Source: Thermodesulfobacteriota bacterium (GTDB taxonomy: Bacteria > Desulfobacterota > Desulfarculia > JACQYL01). Taken from it: DNA of 64,000 nt. How positions within the stretch are numbered: the first letter of the stretch is position 1; the number at the start of each line of letters is the position of its first letter. The position numbers and the translations under genes were made by a program. The DNA is taken from contig CAXXLZ010000001.1 in assembly GCA_963675595.2 (NCBI GenBank), positions 288,001-352,000 of the forward strand. The letters run 5' to 3'. Positions 62,138 through 64,000 of the stretch are shown in pieces. Below the pieces are notes generated by a model, which was given only the letters and a program-made list of their open reading frames with translations, was not told where the DNA came from and made no database searches.

Positions 62138-63433
62138 ATGAGAAAAGCTGGTTTCTTGGTGGTGTTGGCGGGTGTCCTCTTGGCGGTTTCATTCATTGGT
62201 TGCTCTGATTCCGATAATGATTCTCCAATATCTGAATCTACCGTCTATCTGGCGGGCATGGCGTATGATGTTGAGCATGGAGGTGGAGAAATTCCCATCC
62301 CGGTCTGGTGGAATGGTGAAGATTCACCTACAAAGCTGCCCATGCTCCCTTTCAATGACGAAGACTGCCCTCCTGCAGGTAGTGTCCAGGCAATGACCAT
62401 CGTAAACGGCAATGTGGTGATGGTCGGCATCTCCTCCCTCTGCCTGGAAGGGAATCAGAACATGAAGCCCGCTCTCTGGCAGGGCGGCACCGTAACGCAG
62501 CTGGCTCTTCTTCCGGACACCGTACTGGGTGTGGCTCTGGATGTGGCGTATTCGCAGGAAGTGCTCTATGTTGCGGGTGCATCAGGTAAATTCGGGCCCT
62601 TGCCGGTGCTGTGGGTGGACGGATATCCCATTGACCTGGAGTTGCCGGATGATTACGAGAACGGCGAGGCCTACAAGATCGTGATAGAAGGGGACTTTAT
62701 CTATGTATCCGCGTTGCTCAGCAAGAGTCAAGACGGGGAACTCTCATGGGCCGTGGGATATTGGAAGCTTGACAGCTCATTGGAATGGGATGAATGGACC
62801 TATATTACCTTGCCCGAAGGCTCCGGAGGCGTTAATGGTCCCGTGGCTTTGGCGGCCGGCGGGGAGGATGTCTGGGGCGTCGCCAACGCATATGGGTTGG
62901 ATGGGGTCTCCTCGACCAAACCGGCCCTTTCAACCAATGGTGGAACGCCGACCCCGCTCATCGATTTCGAATTCGACCAAGAGCCCTATGGGTTGGTCAT
63001 GGGCCTGGTTTATTCGGGAACATCCACGCTTGCGGTGGGATATGTGAGCCTGGAGGATCAATACGGTTATCCCGGTCCCGTGTCTTGGACCGGTACGGCC
63101 GTTGAGAAACTTTCGACAGCCGACGAAACTCTTGGAATCGGCAGCGCCAATTGCGTGATGCAGGCTGGAACCGACGTATATATCGGCGGTCAAACCTACC
63201 AAAAGGACTCGGAAGACGAGACGGCACTCATCGCCGTACCCGCGTACTGGAAGAATGGGACACGCCACGATCGCGAAGGTCTGCCGCAAAGCGGCGTCGT
63301 CTCGTCGGAACCCGGTACTCTGGGCAGCTGGCCGGCATGGCCGAATAGTGCGGTAACTCACAACCTGCCGACAGGCCAATACGGGGTAAATGCATCGCAG
63401 TCGGCCGTAGTATACGCGATTGCCGTGAAATAG
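62138..63433 (+). CDS. Hypothetical lipoprotein (probable beta-propeller)
   Basis: Lipobox FIGC-SDSD; repeated P.xW.NG / DVYIGG motifs; GGAGG SD. Confidence 0.8.
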   Translation: MRKAGFLVVLAGVLLAVSFIGCSDSDNDSPISESTVYLAGMAYDVEHGGGEIPIPVWWNGEDSPTKLPMLPFNDEDCPPAGSVQAMTIVNGNVVMVGISSLCLEGNQNMKPALWQGGTVTQLALLPDTVLGVALDVAYSQEVLYVAGASGKFGPLPVLWVDGYPIDLELPDDYENGEAYKIVIEGDFIYVSALLSKSQDGELSWAVGYWKLDSSLEWDEWTYITLPEGSGGVNGPVALAAGGEDVWGVANAYGLDGVSSTKPALSTNGGTPTPLIDFEFDQEPYGLVMGLVYSGTSTLAVGYVSLEDQYGYPGPVSWTGTAVEKLSTADETLGIGSANCVMQAGTDVYIGGQTYQKDSEDETALIAVPAYWKNGTRHDREGLPQSGVVSSEPGTLGSWPAWPNSAVTHNLPTGQYGVNASQSAVVYAIAVK

Positions 63434-63555
63434 GGACGGGGCCCGGTAAGGCCTGATCCCCCCGTAGATTTCATACCGTTGGCATTCACGAGGGAGGACT
63501 TTCGGGAAAGTCCTCCCTCGTGTTCTCTCCGACCCAGCACAACAAGACCCCCGGG

Positions 63556-64000
63556 ATGGTATTTATGTGGTTTGCCGAACATCGCCGAAAAAAGCTCACC
63601 GAGGCTCCGTTTCCCGAGTCATGGGAGGAAGTCGTTCGCCGCAACGTGGCTCACTATGCCATGCTGGACGACGACGAGCGGGCTCACCTGCGCGCCTTGA
63701 TCCAGGTATTCATCGCGGAAAAACACTGGGAGGGCGCCGGCGGGCTGGAACTCACCGACGAAATCCGCGTGACCGTGTCCGCCCAGGCCTGTCTGCTGCT
63801 GTTGGGCCTGCCCCACAACTTCTACCGGGACGTGGAATCCATCATCGTGTATCCTTCCACCGTGGTGCCGCCGCAACGCAGCCCGGGCGTTTTCGAAAAC
63901 GTCACCATGCCGTTGCAGGCTACGCAGCCCATTCTCGGACAGGCGTTCCAACGCGGGCCGGTGATCATTATCTGGGACGCGGCCCTGCGCGGAAGCCGGC
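63556..64000 (+). CDS. M90/MtfA-family zinc peptidase (3'-partial, not in the ORF track)
   Basis: Translation gives FIAEKHWEGAGGLELTDEIRVTVSAQACLLLL...IIVYPS...GQAFQRGPVIIIW, open to the window end. Confidence 0.85.
   Translation, partial: MVFMWFAEHRRKKLTEAPFPESWEEVVRRNVAHYAMLDDDERAHLRALIQVFIAEKHWEGAGGLELTDEIRVTVSAQACLLLLGLPHNFYRDVESIIVYPSTVVPPQRSPGVFENVTMPLQATQPILGQAFQRGPVIIIWDAALRGSR

Overview
64-kb window, roughly 55-60% GC by eye, from a probable Desulfobacterota (deltaproteobacterial) anaerobe, inferred from gene content. Left third: three tandem giant flagellins (938-948 aa) and flaG. Each flagellin has two sigma28-type promoters, and the distal one drives a conserved ~90-nt structured element that is antisense to the flagellin ribosome-binding sites (candidate sRNA family, or alternatively an invertible-promoter system). 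Next is a ccdA/thioredoxin locus with three consecutive small ORFs that appear to read through UGA as selenocysteine; one of them is absent from the ORF track. Middle: signalling and housekeeping genes (HDOD, RHH-PilZ, BI-1, pirin, penicillin acylase, CobW, a ramA fragment, MgtC, hydantoinase, HDAC) and the alternative peptidoglycan pair murL-murD2. Right half: a mobile-element-rich region with an IS621-like IS110 whose bridge-RNA guides can be read from the sequence, two IS1111-type IS110 copies with different target guides, IS4, IS1182-like and IS3 remnants, REP/MITE-like repeats, histidine kinases, a NucS-like nuclease, and a Mo aldehyde oxidoreductase-TusE-cysteine desulfurase set. No rRNA, tRNA or CRISPR array was seen. 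Product calls come from motifs recognised by eye, with no database searches.
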